From Porpidia crustulata (lineage: Eukaryota): DNA of 36,007 nucleotides. The notes beneath the pieces were generated by a model, which ran no database searches, was not told the origin of the DNA, and saw nothing but the letters and a program-made list of their open reading frames with translations. How positions within the stretch are numbered: position 1 is the first letter of the stretch; the number at the start of each line of letters is the position of its first letter. Positions 1-10,750 of this stretch are shown piece by piece. Where the stretch lies: NCBI GenBank assembly GCA_964255105.1, contig CAXUWE010000008.1, positions 1-36,007 on the forward strand, given 5' to 3'. Position numbers and translations under genes: made by a program.

Positions 1-17
1 GGAGGAAGGAGATGGGA

Positions 18-47
18 AGGTCTTACCTGGGTGCCCGGGCAAGACCT
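18..47. other. 30-bp near-perfect palindrome / stem-loop
   Basis: AGGTCTT-ACCTGGG-TG-CCCGGGC-AAGACCT: outer 7 bp perfect, inner arm with one mismatch and one G-T pair. Confidence 0.8.
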
Positions 48-259
48 CTACTTTATCAGACAAGGAACAAAACAAAACGACTGAGGAATAAAATTTAATA
101 TCGGTCCAGTGGGTAATTAAGTAGGTGTTTTACTTAAGTTACCCGCAAATCGAGCAAATTTGCAACACTTCCCAAATCCGGCCATCGACCACCTAGGTCC
201 ATTAATGATATTAAAAAACCCCCCGGCGCCTCTAGCAATGGCAAAGCGCAAATGACCTC

Positions 260-2340
260 CTAGACCTGGTTGAGGCTTTCTAGCCTAGCACGAAGTGTCA
301 GGCCTCCTTCTGCTGACTGCTTTCCTTCCTTTGCCAGCTCCACCCCCCTTTCGCCACCAAGTGTTTCACGGATTTGGCGACTGAGGTTCTGTAGTTGACT
401 GCTAGCTGAAATTATAGACGCTAGTCCATCGTATCTTTTATGGCTTAGATCTTTCACAATTTTCTTAGGTTCATATAGATATTTCTTCAGAAATTCTGTA
501 TGGTTTAACTTATAAACATCCCTGAGATGTCTCAAAGACCGCTCGTTTTTCGAATTTCCAACGACAACATTAACATCGCATGCTGTCGTGCTTGTCGGTT
601 TGTGCGGATCTTTTTAATGTCATTGATCCTTTGGGATGGATGATTAGTCAACGATGTTAACGTCGATTCGAAGTTGAATGTAATAATGAGTTTGTCTGAT
701 GAGTCTGTTGAATGTAATAATGAGTTTGTCTGATGAGTCTGTTGAATGTAATAATGAGTTTGTCTGATGAGTCTGTTGAATCGATATAAAGACGATCAGC
801 GATTTTGAAATTCATCTGAGATTAATAATTATCCACCATCGATATTGTCGATACAAACAATATCTTCAATCGCTAACGACGAATCCTCACACTCGTATGA
901 AAAGGCTTCTTCGCGGTTTACTGACTGCAAGATCTATCTTCAAGGAAGCGTTCCTTTGGTATTTTTCGTCAACTGTCTTTGAGTTCGATGGTCCCATGGA
1001 CTGGTTCATATGACAGCTTAGGCGGAGTTAATGGTCCTTGATTATTATCTACCTGTGCCTCCAAAAAGGGTTCGGTAAGGGCTTGGGAAGGAACGCGGAA
1101 GGTTTTCAGCTGATGAAGTGAGCGAAGGTTTTGGTGTCCTGGGACTCGACATGGAAGGAGGGGAAGAAAAGGCGTGTATGAGATAAAGAGCGGCTGTTGA
1201 AGTAGCTGAACTTTTGGTATAGGATCTAAAGATTTTTGATTTAGTGAGTCTAGACTTAGGAGAATCTTTCTTTGCTTTTTCAGAGACTCCGTCAATAACA
1301 ATGTGTCATAGCTTCCAAATTTTACTCTCTTCTTCTCTATCCGAGATCTTCAAACCATAAGATCTAAGAAATTCATCGAATCAGTTCCCCCTTTTCTTAT
1401 TTTCAGCACTCGATTAGCGGAAGACGCGAGAGAACCTCACAGATTTGGATGTAGACGATTTTGGTTGTCTGCGTGTCAGAGTATACGTGCTGTGTGCTCG
1501 ATGAACGAGATTTTAAAAGGAGTAAGATACTTGATAAAGTGAGGGTTCAAGAACTTTGGTGTGGTTTTGAATTTCTTATCTTCGAAGGGTTTTGGATTGA
1601 GACTTTTACTTATTGAACGGTTGGAGGTCTCGACTTCTCTCGTTGCGTTGAAATATGCTCGAGCATGCAATAATATTCGCAGTAACTCGGAATTTCTTCA
1701 TTGCTTGAATTACTGGTTGCTTCAGACATGACGGTTTTAATCGCGACAGTGATTTTATTGACGTCTCAGTTCATCCATGAAGAAGTAAAGATATCCTGGT
1801 GCTCAACATATCTTTTCTTTTATATAGAAAACATATGAATGAGGAGAAGAAATGTTATTACGTCGATCATGCACTTTCTTATCTCAGCGCTTGATTTGCG
1901 GAATGTACGGGTAGGAAGCAAGTTTGCTGTATTGTGAAAAGATTGACAACGTTCTCCGTGCAAGAGCTTGGTTTTAATTCGATGGAACGTCAATGCAAGT
2001 AGTTATGATTGCCGGCGAGTCGATGCTATTCCTCGTTCCACCGCTCAACTTTATCTGAATCAATAGCTTCACGAGTTTCCGATCCTTCAAGCGTTGGTCC
2101 ATCTACCATAGCTTAATATTCGAAGTGTAGAGCCACGTGGACATCCTTGTATCCATGAGACTTGAGCAGTACAAGAGGTTTTCGTCTCGGAATTCGACTT
2201 CATCGATCTCCAGAATGTTTCTTTCATAACGGGTCCAGTTGGAACGGTTTATGGACAAAAAGGTCCTATTAATAAGCCACTGATACCTTGTCCCTATCAA
2301 CCCAAGTCCCAAATGCCCATCCGAGCGTCTGCCATTGCAT
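260..2340 (-). pseudogene. Decayed orphan gene X, copy 1 (unknown family)
   Basis: ORFs 1476-1670 and 969-1301 share a frame that has no TAA/TAG from ~1709 to ~921 (only 5 TGA). Peptide blocks match copy 2 (WLIN, QQT, LNP..FE, LQNL..GGER, LRARLE). Synonymous differences in the last codons. 5' end uncertain. Confidence 0.55.
673..781. repeat. Perfect 34-bp tandem repeat, 3.2 copies
   Basis: GTTGAATGTAATAATGAGTTTGTCTGATGAGTCT at 673, 707 and 741, partial copy at 775. Confidence 0.97.
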
Positions 2341-3570
2341 GCGGCGGAAATGCTTCTGAGTGTTTTTGTAAGGTTTTTGCGCTGGTAAACTGTCTGAATT
2401 TTCTCAATCAGCGAGTAGATATCTCTACTAGTTGGAAAGTCAAGAGATAGAATGATCAGTATCAGAAGTCGAAGAGTGTGATGTATAGAAATTCGATCGG
2501 GCTAGATATATGCAGCGAGCGAAGTCATAGAACGCAGCGAACAGCAAATATAAGGGGTACGAATAGTATAGAGTAGAAAAGAGTTCATCAAGCATTTCAA
2601 CCGCGATCAAATTTCTTTTATGTTTCTCGTTTATACAGAGAATTCAGTCGAATAGTTGATACTGCCTCACCATTTCGGCATATGCGTTTTTCGTTTCGTA
2701 CTTGAGGACCGAAGAATGCTTTCAATTAACTCGAAGGCGAAAGAAGCAAAGATGTCACGTATTAGTGCAAACGTGAATGCTAAATTGCTTTCCTGATGGA
2801 ATCGAGGACTGTACGGGTTGGGGAATCTTGAACGAGATCGTCGTTATTGACTTTGGAATATTTTTACGTTTAAACCCCCAATATTTCTTATGATGTTTCA
2901 TTTCAGCGCTCGATTGAAGGTGGATTGGGAAGAAACCCTAGGATTTTGGTGGCTCCGCTTTTCGTTCATCTTCTTTCCATGTTCAGAGCACTGCACTCGC
3001 TTCATCTAATCTGTCTTACCACGCTCATTTTCTGCGTGTTTATTCGCCTTCTTCTCCTTCTTGACTGTCTTAATCTTGATGTTTCGTCGAACTTTTTCTG
3101 TCGTGCTATCATCAATGTTGAATCTGATGCCGAGCGGGTTGACAAAGTCATCTGTTCCAGCGCTTGACTTCGAGATCGTCTAGTATTTCGGGGAAGTTAT
3201 GTCGTCGTTGAGTTGCAGCATGTTAGTCAACGATGAGCACTTTCATGAATTTAGGTACTTAAAATTTTGGACTTGCTCTTCGAATTCTAATGTATTGCTG
3301 CGTTAATAGGAGAAAATCATCGCGAGAAGATTCTGCTCTGAATTCTTCTTCATCTCTTCTTCGACGTCAGATAGACGTGGTTTAAACATTCATTCGGGCT
3401 ATGTTTTTTCTTACAACGAGCTTTACATCACGTTGCTGTTATGTATCCTGACGGTCTAAAGGACATGCACGATCTGCTTTTCTGTTCGGATTGACGAATC
3501 GTTTTCACTTTAAAATCATGAGCATAGTAGAGATGAATGTGATGATGAAAGAGGATACTAATTTCGAGAA

Positions 3571-3806
3571 AACACTTCGAACGAAAAGTGTGAAAGCATT
3601 GAGAAACGATTATCAAGAACTCGATGTCTCCGTAGAAATCTTACAGGCAGACTGAACAGATTATCGTCATTGTCGGATTTTTGTATTCTTGAGTGAACAC
3701 TTCGAATTAAATGAATGAAAGCATTGGGAAACGATCAACAAAAACTCGATATCGCCGCAGAATAAGCAGATTGGGCAGATTGTCGTCGTTGTCGAATTTG
3801 TATCTT
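3571..3806. repeat. Diverged 125-bp tandem duplication
   Basis: AACACTTCGAA...TGAAAGCATTGrGAAACGAT...ACTCGAT...CAGATTrTCGTC starts at 3571 and 3696; many of the differences are transitions. Confidence 0.9.
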
Positions 3807-4075
3807 CTTTTCGTACCGTCGGAAAAGTGTAGTCTATGCACATGTGTCTCTACTTTAATTCCTTTGGGATATCCAAAGTTGTAGAATTGCTTTTTGAAAT
3901 ATCTACATCGATCTCAAATCAGAATGATCGACTCTTTGAGTGAGTTTGAGGTGAGGAGCGAACCGTTGAGAACGGACAACCTTTCCTTCGCGAAGGCTGG
4001 GATATATACGGAAGAAGGACGCTTCATGACATCAATGATGAAGGCCACGCAGCAGCTTTAATGTCAAGAGGTTTC

Positions 4076-4627
4076 CTAGTTCTCGAGTAAAGACGTATCG
4101 TTTTTTCCCTTTCTCGGTTGAGCTAAGACAGAGATAGAAGCGGGAAGGTTCAAGATGGAAGTAAGTCTTAGGTCTGGGGCTTGTGTGGTTTCATCGTAAA
4201 TGTATTTCGCTTCCTGAATGCCGTAAGTAGTTAGATAGGCCAAGGCTCTGATCTCTTGGCCGTAGCGAATTAAGGAACGATCTTCGGATCGCCAGCGAAG
4301 AGTAAGATATGCGGTTGAAGCCCCTCTTTCTCTTTGGCGATCATACTCTTTATTTGAGATATATCTGCAGGTCGGTCGTAGAGCTATCGAGTTCAAATCC
4401 GTCAAATACTCCTTTGATACTTTGATACTTTGATAAAATGGGTTACGCGTTAAGATGTATGATCGAAAATCCTGTGTCCTGTTCCAGGTAAATAAAAGGA
4501 TCCTCACCACGTCAGCATCTGTGCCGCAGATTGCTTTATACCTTGATGTTAAGCTTCGTTGGCTTTTAGACAATTGCGATTCGATACATCCTATATCCCC
4601 CACTTTCCCGACTGACCTTCTGCTCAT
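4076..4627 (-). CDS. Hypothetical protein / fragment of orphan gene Y, copy 1
   Basis: 183-codon open frame inside otherwise decayed DNA; weak by-eye similarity to ORF 11451-11834; its 5' part overlaps the end of the HET gene. Confidence 0.35.
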   Translation of the reverse strand: MSRRSVGKVGDIGCIESQLSKSQRSLTSRYKAICGTDADVVRILLFTWNRTQDFRSYILTRNPFYQSIKVSKEYLTDLNSIALRPTCRYISNKEYDRQRERGASTAYLTLRWRSEDRSLIRYGQEIRALAYLTTYGIQEAKYIYDETTQAPDLRLTSILNLPASISVLAQPRKGKNDTSLLEN

Positions 4628-6972
4628 CTTTGGGAGTAATCATGCCTCTTCGCTGATCTTCTTCTAACTGTTTCTTCTTCTGGTCTGCTGCTATCCCTCG
4701 CTGATAACACGTGCTCTCTTCATCCCCATGTCTACGCTCGTCCTCGGCCACGAATGGTAGTTCTTGCCAGATTTCGGAATCCACATATTCATGTTCGTCA
4801 AGATTGTGAACCGTGTCACTTGCCTCACATCTTTGGATCAAAGCGTCAAAGCCCAAATCATCCTTTAGTGGTATTCCGTGGTTGTACCAAGCGGTCCATG
4901 TTCCAACTCTCCGGTACTCACCCTTCGAGCCCATGGAAAGCAAAGCCAGCCCCTCAATACGCATTCTCTGAGCACCCAGAAGCCCAAAAAGGCAATACAC
5001 TGTACGGCCTTGCCAAGAAGTGTTCGGGACTCGATCGAATTCAAAATCAACGTAGAAGTCGTCAGAGCGCATCCTCAATTCTTTCGTACCATCGTCGTCG
5101 AATCTGTATTTGAAGATCAGTGCTCGTAGATGGAAGGTACCACTTGATACAGGCCCAAACGGATCTGGACCTGAAAAGGATAGTGTCGACTTGCCAACCA
5201 GCGATCATGAATTGCGCAAGCTGATTAGACGGGTCCCAGACGTATTTCGGAGAGTTTACTGATGCCCACGACCATGATGTTGCTTGATACGCAGGCGTTG
5301 CTCTTGAGGGAGAGATAGCAGCGCTATCCTGCGCCTTCTCCAGACTCCGGCTGTCGGGAACGACACTCCAAAAGAGCTGCAGAGCTGATACATCCTTCCA
5401 AAACCCTGCCCGATAGTTCTCAGGGTCCCCGTGCTTTCTTGCAATACCCGCCAGGGCCGCCAGTCTATCTTTTTCTGGAAAGGTGAAGCTCAGTCTGGAA
5501 TATTGCTCGATGATCGTATTCCACAAGGTGAAAGAATCCCGGCCTTTCTGGGCGCGTATGACATCGTTGTTATGACTGAGATCGATGCTTGTCATGTTTT
5601 TGCGAAGACTCTCCGACGCTCGACACTCCTTACAGTCCCAACAAACCATGTCGGCCTGAAAGACGACGTTGCGTCGTGCAAGCATCATCTCCTGCATGAT
5701 CCAGCTCCGAGAGTCTAGTATGCTTTCCTGACCTTGGGACCTACCGTTCAAATATGTGATGAAATACTCTCCGCTCTCCGAATATTTCTTGGTCTGCTCT
5801 TGGTCTTCTGTATTGAAATAACGGGCTGTAGTCCTACAGCTCTCCACAGATAAAGGGGGTCTTGGGTAGAAGAGAGTACCAGCACTACTTAGTGCGTGTT
5901 TTGCCACGATGTTAAAATTCCCACATTCATAGATCTGCCCCATTATGGTGCATTCATTTGCCCAATCCGACGGGGAGTCTTGGATGATACACAATTCATC
6001 TATCCATATGTAACGAATTTTCAATCGGTAAGCCACCTCCATTGCTTTGCGGAAAAGCTGCGGAATAGTTGATGCAGCAATTTCAGACAACAACGATTGA
6101 TAATTATCTTTCATTAATCTCAAGGGAACTAGACCACCCCAGCAATACGACAAAGTGACATATTGAGTATCTAGTTCGAGTTCATCCTTGCTTTCTTGAA
6201 GCTTTGGTCTAATTGTGTTGGCTCCAAGCTCTCCTAGATCGATAAGTTGAGTAGGAAGAATTCGAGGCGTCATAGACTTACACTTTGAATGAGTGGAAGT
6301 GCACTGGGTCATCCACTCCGTGATGGTATGGAAAGTAGCTGCACTATTGTTGTTTTTTTCTTGGCGGTAGGGATTCCCAATCTCAGGTTCAATGGATAGC
6401 CATCCATCCGGCGTCGGATTAGGGACACCTACAAGCTGTTAAGATACGGTCTCAGAAAAAGACGTGGCCGTTAGGGTACGTACCGTTGACTGGTATCAAT
6501 GAGAACCCAAGTTCTTGCGCATCTTCGTCCTCATCGTCGCTCATAGTTAAATAATAATGGAAATAAACTAGCAAAGCGCCGGGTAGCCTCATATCACACA
6601 CCATAGAGGTCTTCACTCTAAGAGCGGCTTGTCCATTGTATTTGTACACCAGCCGTCGTCCAAACCATCTCAGACAGCAAAAATGACAGTCCTCTGGCGG
6701 CGAAATGTCTTCCTCGCGAAACCATTGCACTTCCACCCGCTCCGGCCATATTGGCATTGGGGTTTCATTGAGTATGATTCGGCATTGCTCACAAAGCTGA
6801 GCAAGACCCTTTTTCAATTCTGTATCATAGCACCGTTCAATACGCTCTACGGATACCTAGCTAGGTGCCAAGTGCTACGCTTACCTGGCGTCTTTTCGAA
6901 CGGTTCAATGGTCCAGGAATTGATCTTGGTCTCTTTACTGACTGCCGTTTTCATAGTCGTTGTCAGCGACAT
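4566..6972 (-). pseudogene. HET-domain (heterokaryon incompatibility, PF06985-type) protein with one frameshift
   Basis: Motifs YVTLSYCWGG, YIWIDELCIIQDS..DW..E...MGQIY, LDSRSWIMQE, WNTIIEQYS, DRLAALAGIA, SWSWAS. In-frame introns 6884-6820 and 6483-6429 join an N-terminal CxxC/CHFC region. The C-terminal DPFGPVSSG...EYRRVG block is in another frame after an extra base in the A4 run at ~5174-5177; stop at 4566. Confidence 0.85.
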
Positions 6973-7508
6973 ACTACGAAGTATTGAAAAGAACGCACGT
7001 GCACGTTGAGAAGTAAAAAGAGATGTCAGAATAGAATCTTCATATACAAAGCACAAGAATGATTAAATTATGATTTGATATTTGAATAATTTCTATTCTC
7101 GAATACAATTCTTTTCGACTTATAACATGAGAATTGTAACATCTCGCGATCGTGTTCATCGTCCAGAAACATGGTACGATCGTTGTGTGGGTGAGTGGGT
7201 AGAAGCAGGCGTGGCAGGATGCATTTTAATTCTGGTAGGCTGACAGTCTAAATACCGCGCGGGATTGACTAAGTTCTCACTCTCCAGCAGGGAGCAGTGT
7301 GGCAGTTTTACTAACAAGATCACGAAAGAACAAAAAGAGTAAATGGTCCAGTGGGCAATTGAGTGAGTGGGTTTGCTAAGCTACATAATTTGTGCTATTT
7401 ATCTTTCAGCTTCGCTTAGAAGCGAAGCGATTCAAGCTCGTGAACAGGTTCATTATAACAAAAGAAGCCCCAGCGCCCTTCAGTAGTAGCAAGAGCAAAG
7501 ATCTGACT

Positions 7509-10101
7509 TTAGAACTGATTTAGCTCTTCTAGCCTGGCGCGGAGGATTAATCCTTCATTTGTCAGTCGTTTTTCCACTTTGACCAATTCCCCTCCTTTCG
7601 CCCCCAATAGCTTCATCGTTTTGGTCATCAAGATTCTGTAATGAACAGTCAATTGACGATAGTTCACCGCTAACTGCAAAAGGGGTTCGAAAGGTAGAAC
7701 AGGTTCCTTTGGTTCCTCAATCGATTCCGAGGGAAGCACAAATATTTGTCTCTTAAGCTCATTCTCTTTCTTTATTTCTGAAAGCTTCCGTTTGTATGGC
7801 GAAGTGATACCAGCAGTAACGGGGCTTGAGATAGAGAAAGATTTCTTTTCCTTTTTGAGAGTCATTTTCTTGATAGTGGCTAGATTCGGGGAGATACTGT
7901 CAATCCCTTTTCTTTCGTTTCTCTTTGCGGACCCAGTCAAGGATCCTTGTATGTCCTTCAATGTTTCTTCCCTTACAGCGGAACTCTTTGATTCAGAGTC
8001 GTTCTGTCAAGGACAAAGTTCACTCAATGACATCTCTTTTTCGGAAGTTCTTTGCTCACCTATTGTTGTTTCATCTCTGCCATCCTCTTCTTGTAGAACA
8101 TAGAATCCAGTTGCTACTCCATAATGTCATATGCCTTCCGAGTTCTGGATGCTATATGGGGATCCGCGATTCAAGCTAGTGAATAGGACCATTTTCCAAA
8201 ATAAGCACCAAGCAACTCATCGCACTATCAGAACTATTACGACCGTTTCATACTTGTAGAAAATCAAGACTACCCGGAAACGTGTTCGTTGCATCCCAAT
8301 GACCGAATACTAAGTCGTTCAGATCAAGTCCTGTACTAGATAGCATATATGTTTGATCGTAATACGAACAATTTTAGTATTATAAAGCTTAGAACAGAGA
8401 AGAGATTGAATAAACTGGCTCTTTTTTCCTGCGATCTTCGAGTAGCTTTGAACGATCTTTCACATCGGTTCTAAGGCTGATAATGTCTGATCGGAGACTC
8501 TCAACAGCTCAGTCTGCTTAAGATTTCACAACTCTCATCCTGAGAAAGAAGTAGGTTGAGAAACATTCTATGTATTGTTCTGCAAAGCTCTTGAGGATCT
8601 TTTGATTAGGAGATTTGAAATTAGTTTGCGTAGACAAGATGGTTTCGAAGGGATTGAGGTCTGACAGTTGCAAGGCCCCTGGATCCTTTGGCACCAGGGG
8701 GATTGTCGCTTTATTGATTTGTCGATGCACATATAGATATGCTCAATGTTTGAATCTGACTCATCGTAGCTCTAACCATTTTCCCATTCATAAACTACCT
8801 GTACCATGGTGGTGTCCGAGGCGTGAACTCCTTCTTTTACTCCGTCATCCTTTCGACGAAACTTTCTCACATTTCGGTGTTGTCGAAGGATGAGAACACC
8901 AACTGAAGTCTCCTTTGCTATTGGTCCAGAGACATATTGTCACATTTGTCAGATTATAGATCCAGCCATCGCGTCGAAGCTAACATGCGAGAACTCATAG
9001 TAGATTCACGAGAAAAGCGCAGTGGCTTGACGAATCATTAGATGTTCGATGTTCTCGTTTCAATTTTCTTGGTTTGACTTGACAGCCGATTCTTCGTCGA
9101 TAAGATTTGCGACGATTTTTTGATTGTACGCATGGAGGAGCGGATAAATTTCTCCACAAGCCAAGGATTGCACTGGTCTGCTGCACCTTGGAATTGAAGA
9201 GCAACCAAATTTTGCCCTTCCGTGCAAGGAACAGCTTAACAATAACTTCAAAACCCCAGCTGAGCAAGTTCTTTCACAATGCCCAGGGCTTTCCGTGCTC
9301 CTGCTATTCACGATCTGACCTCACCATTGGTACAGTCAGTTCACAAGTCTCTCGTCTCTCTCTTCGTCTGGTTTCTGCCGAAAGCGCTTGCTAGTTAACC
9401 TATAATCAAATCCGCTCACGGACGGTACGGTCGCGCTCGAGGTTGAAAATTTTGACGGCGAGATCGAAATGGTCCTGCCGGGCTGGGATGGAATCTGAAG
9501 CAAAGCTTTTTGGTGTCAGCTTCGTACATCGTATGTGTGGCATGTTCATAGATGAATGTTATCGTCTTAATTATTCCTGTGCGCATATGATCTCTGGTGT
9601 ATGGCTATCTGCGTGGGATTCGAGATATTCCTTGATAAAATTGACGGTGTTAATCAATCAGGATGAAAAAATCTTTTCGAAACCCAAGTACCAGGGATTG
9701 ATTCTCAAGACCTATGTTCGTCCACTACTACGAGCTTTTCAGATTCTCGCAATATAAGTTCTGTAGGTGGACCCAAAGATATAAGACCTCTTCAAGCAAC
9801 TAACAAAACGGATGAAGAACAGATCTTCTTTCACTATAAAGGACTGAAGGCAGTTTCGTTTGCTCCGTAGAGAGAGAGAGGAGCAGACAGAAAGTCGTGC
9901 ACTCTCGACTCACATCATCATCACGATACTTCCTGGTTTCATAGCCTTCAGACAGCAACTGAACCAATATGCATCGTTGGAGGTTATTGACCGAGGGCAT
10001 TGACAGTATTCTTGATTGTTGAATGAAGAGTCCATCGAGCACAGCGACAGCATGCTAAGACTGTTTGGAGATTGCTGAGCGATATGTTGATTTTTCCTCA
10101 T
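7509..10101 (-). pseudogene. Decayed orphan gene X, copy 2 (unknown family)
   Basis: ORFs 9910-10101, 8995-9267 and 8518-8730 lie in one frame that carries the peptide blocks matching copy 1. Many stops, with TGA the most frequent. A 2-nt indel at ~7590 shifts the tail into the 7509-7961 frame. Confidence 0.55.
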
Positions 10102-10150
10102 TATCTATTTTTCGTATCCCGAATGCAAGTATATTGAAGCGCTTCGAAAA

Positions 10151-10335
10151 GGTTTGTGGCTATCTAGAGGTTAAAGATCTTTTATAAGAAAGTAGGGACG
10201 TGGTCATCTAGGGGATTAAGATCTTTCTCACAGAATATAAGGACGTGGGGATCTAGTGGATAAAGATCTTGCAGAGAAGAAAAGGACGTGGCTATCTAGA
10301 AGATAAAGATCTTTCAAAGATACCAAAGACGTAGC
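10151..10335. repeat. 43-45 bp tandem array, ~4.3 units, conserved ~30-bp core plus variable ~13-bp linker
   Basis: Core GGACGTGGnnATCTAGnrGATAAAGATCTT at ~10152, 10196, 10241 and 10284, partial at 10327; followed by TATATATATA at ~10349. Confidence 0.92.
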
Positions 10336-10750
10336 GTTGACAGGAATTTATATATATACGGGAGATTTTCTTCAAGTGGCAAAAGACCTGGACTATGCTT
10401 ATAGAAAATCCGGGAAAGCTACAGCCACTGTATTCTTGCTAGAATGGTGCTTTCGATCTTTCAATATGAGGGTATAAGAATCCTTAGTAATAACAAACGG
10501 CGTCACTATATCAGTATCTTTCAACGACAAAGTCCGCTAGACCTTTGTACCGCGATGAAAATGTCCCCGTGACTGTTCTGCGCGTTATAATTGTTCGAAT
10601 TTAGGTTTACTTCTTGTAGTAGATGCAAGGATGCTGACTTGTTGATTGTCTAAGCCGCGTTTCGTGGGAGGTCGGAAAATATTAGATATTATAATGTAGC
10701 TTCTCATATCCATCGACAGTCCTGATCGTTATATTTCAATAATCTCCAAG

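Larger units (their letters stand above)
18..4560 (-). repeat. Copy 1 of an ancient, highly diverged direct duplication (orphan X+Y module)
   Basis: Collinear anchors to 7245-11850: GGTCCAGTGGGyAATT (103/7345); ORF C-termini LRARLESLNQV*/LRARLEELNQF* (260/7509); TTCGAAGGG..GATTGAG (1581/8644); TCCGTGCAAG (1955/9219); TGCTATTC (2024/9302); AACCCAAGT (2299/9681); GTGTGAA..CATTGA (~3588/~10860); weak Y-protein similarity (4076/11451). Boundaries approximate. Confidence 0.7.

Noticed and set aside
764..797. Hammerhead ribozyme (CTGATGA followed by a GTCT/AGAC stem)
   Set aside because: The required GAAA is GATC, and no convincing stems I and III are nearby. An Infernal search would settle it.
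9107..9757. Plus-strand ORFs suggesting an ambisense viral layout
   Set aside because: The matching plus-strand frame in copy 1 is interrupted, and the similarity is explained as the antisense of gene X.
7509..10101. Spok-type spore-killer gene
   Set aside because: Size is similar, but I see no kinase-like or cysteine-cluster motifs.
10151..10335. CRISPR array
   Set aside because: Eukaryotic context, no cas genes, degenerate repeats and linkers of only ~13 bp.
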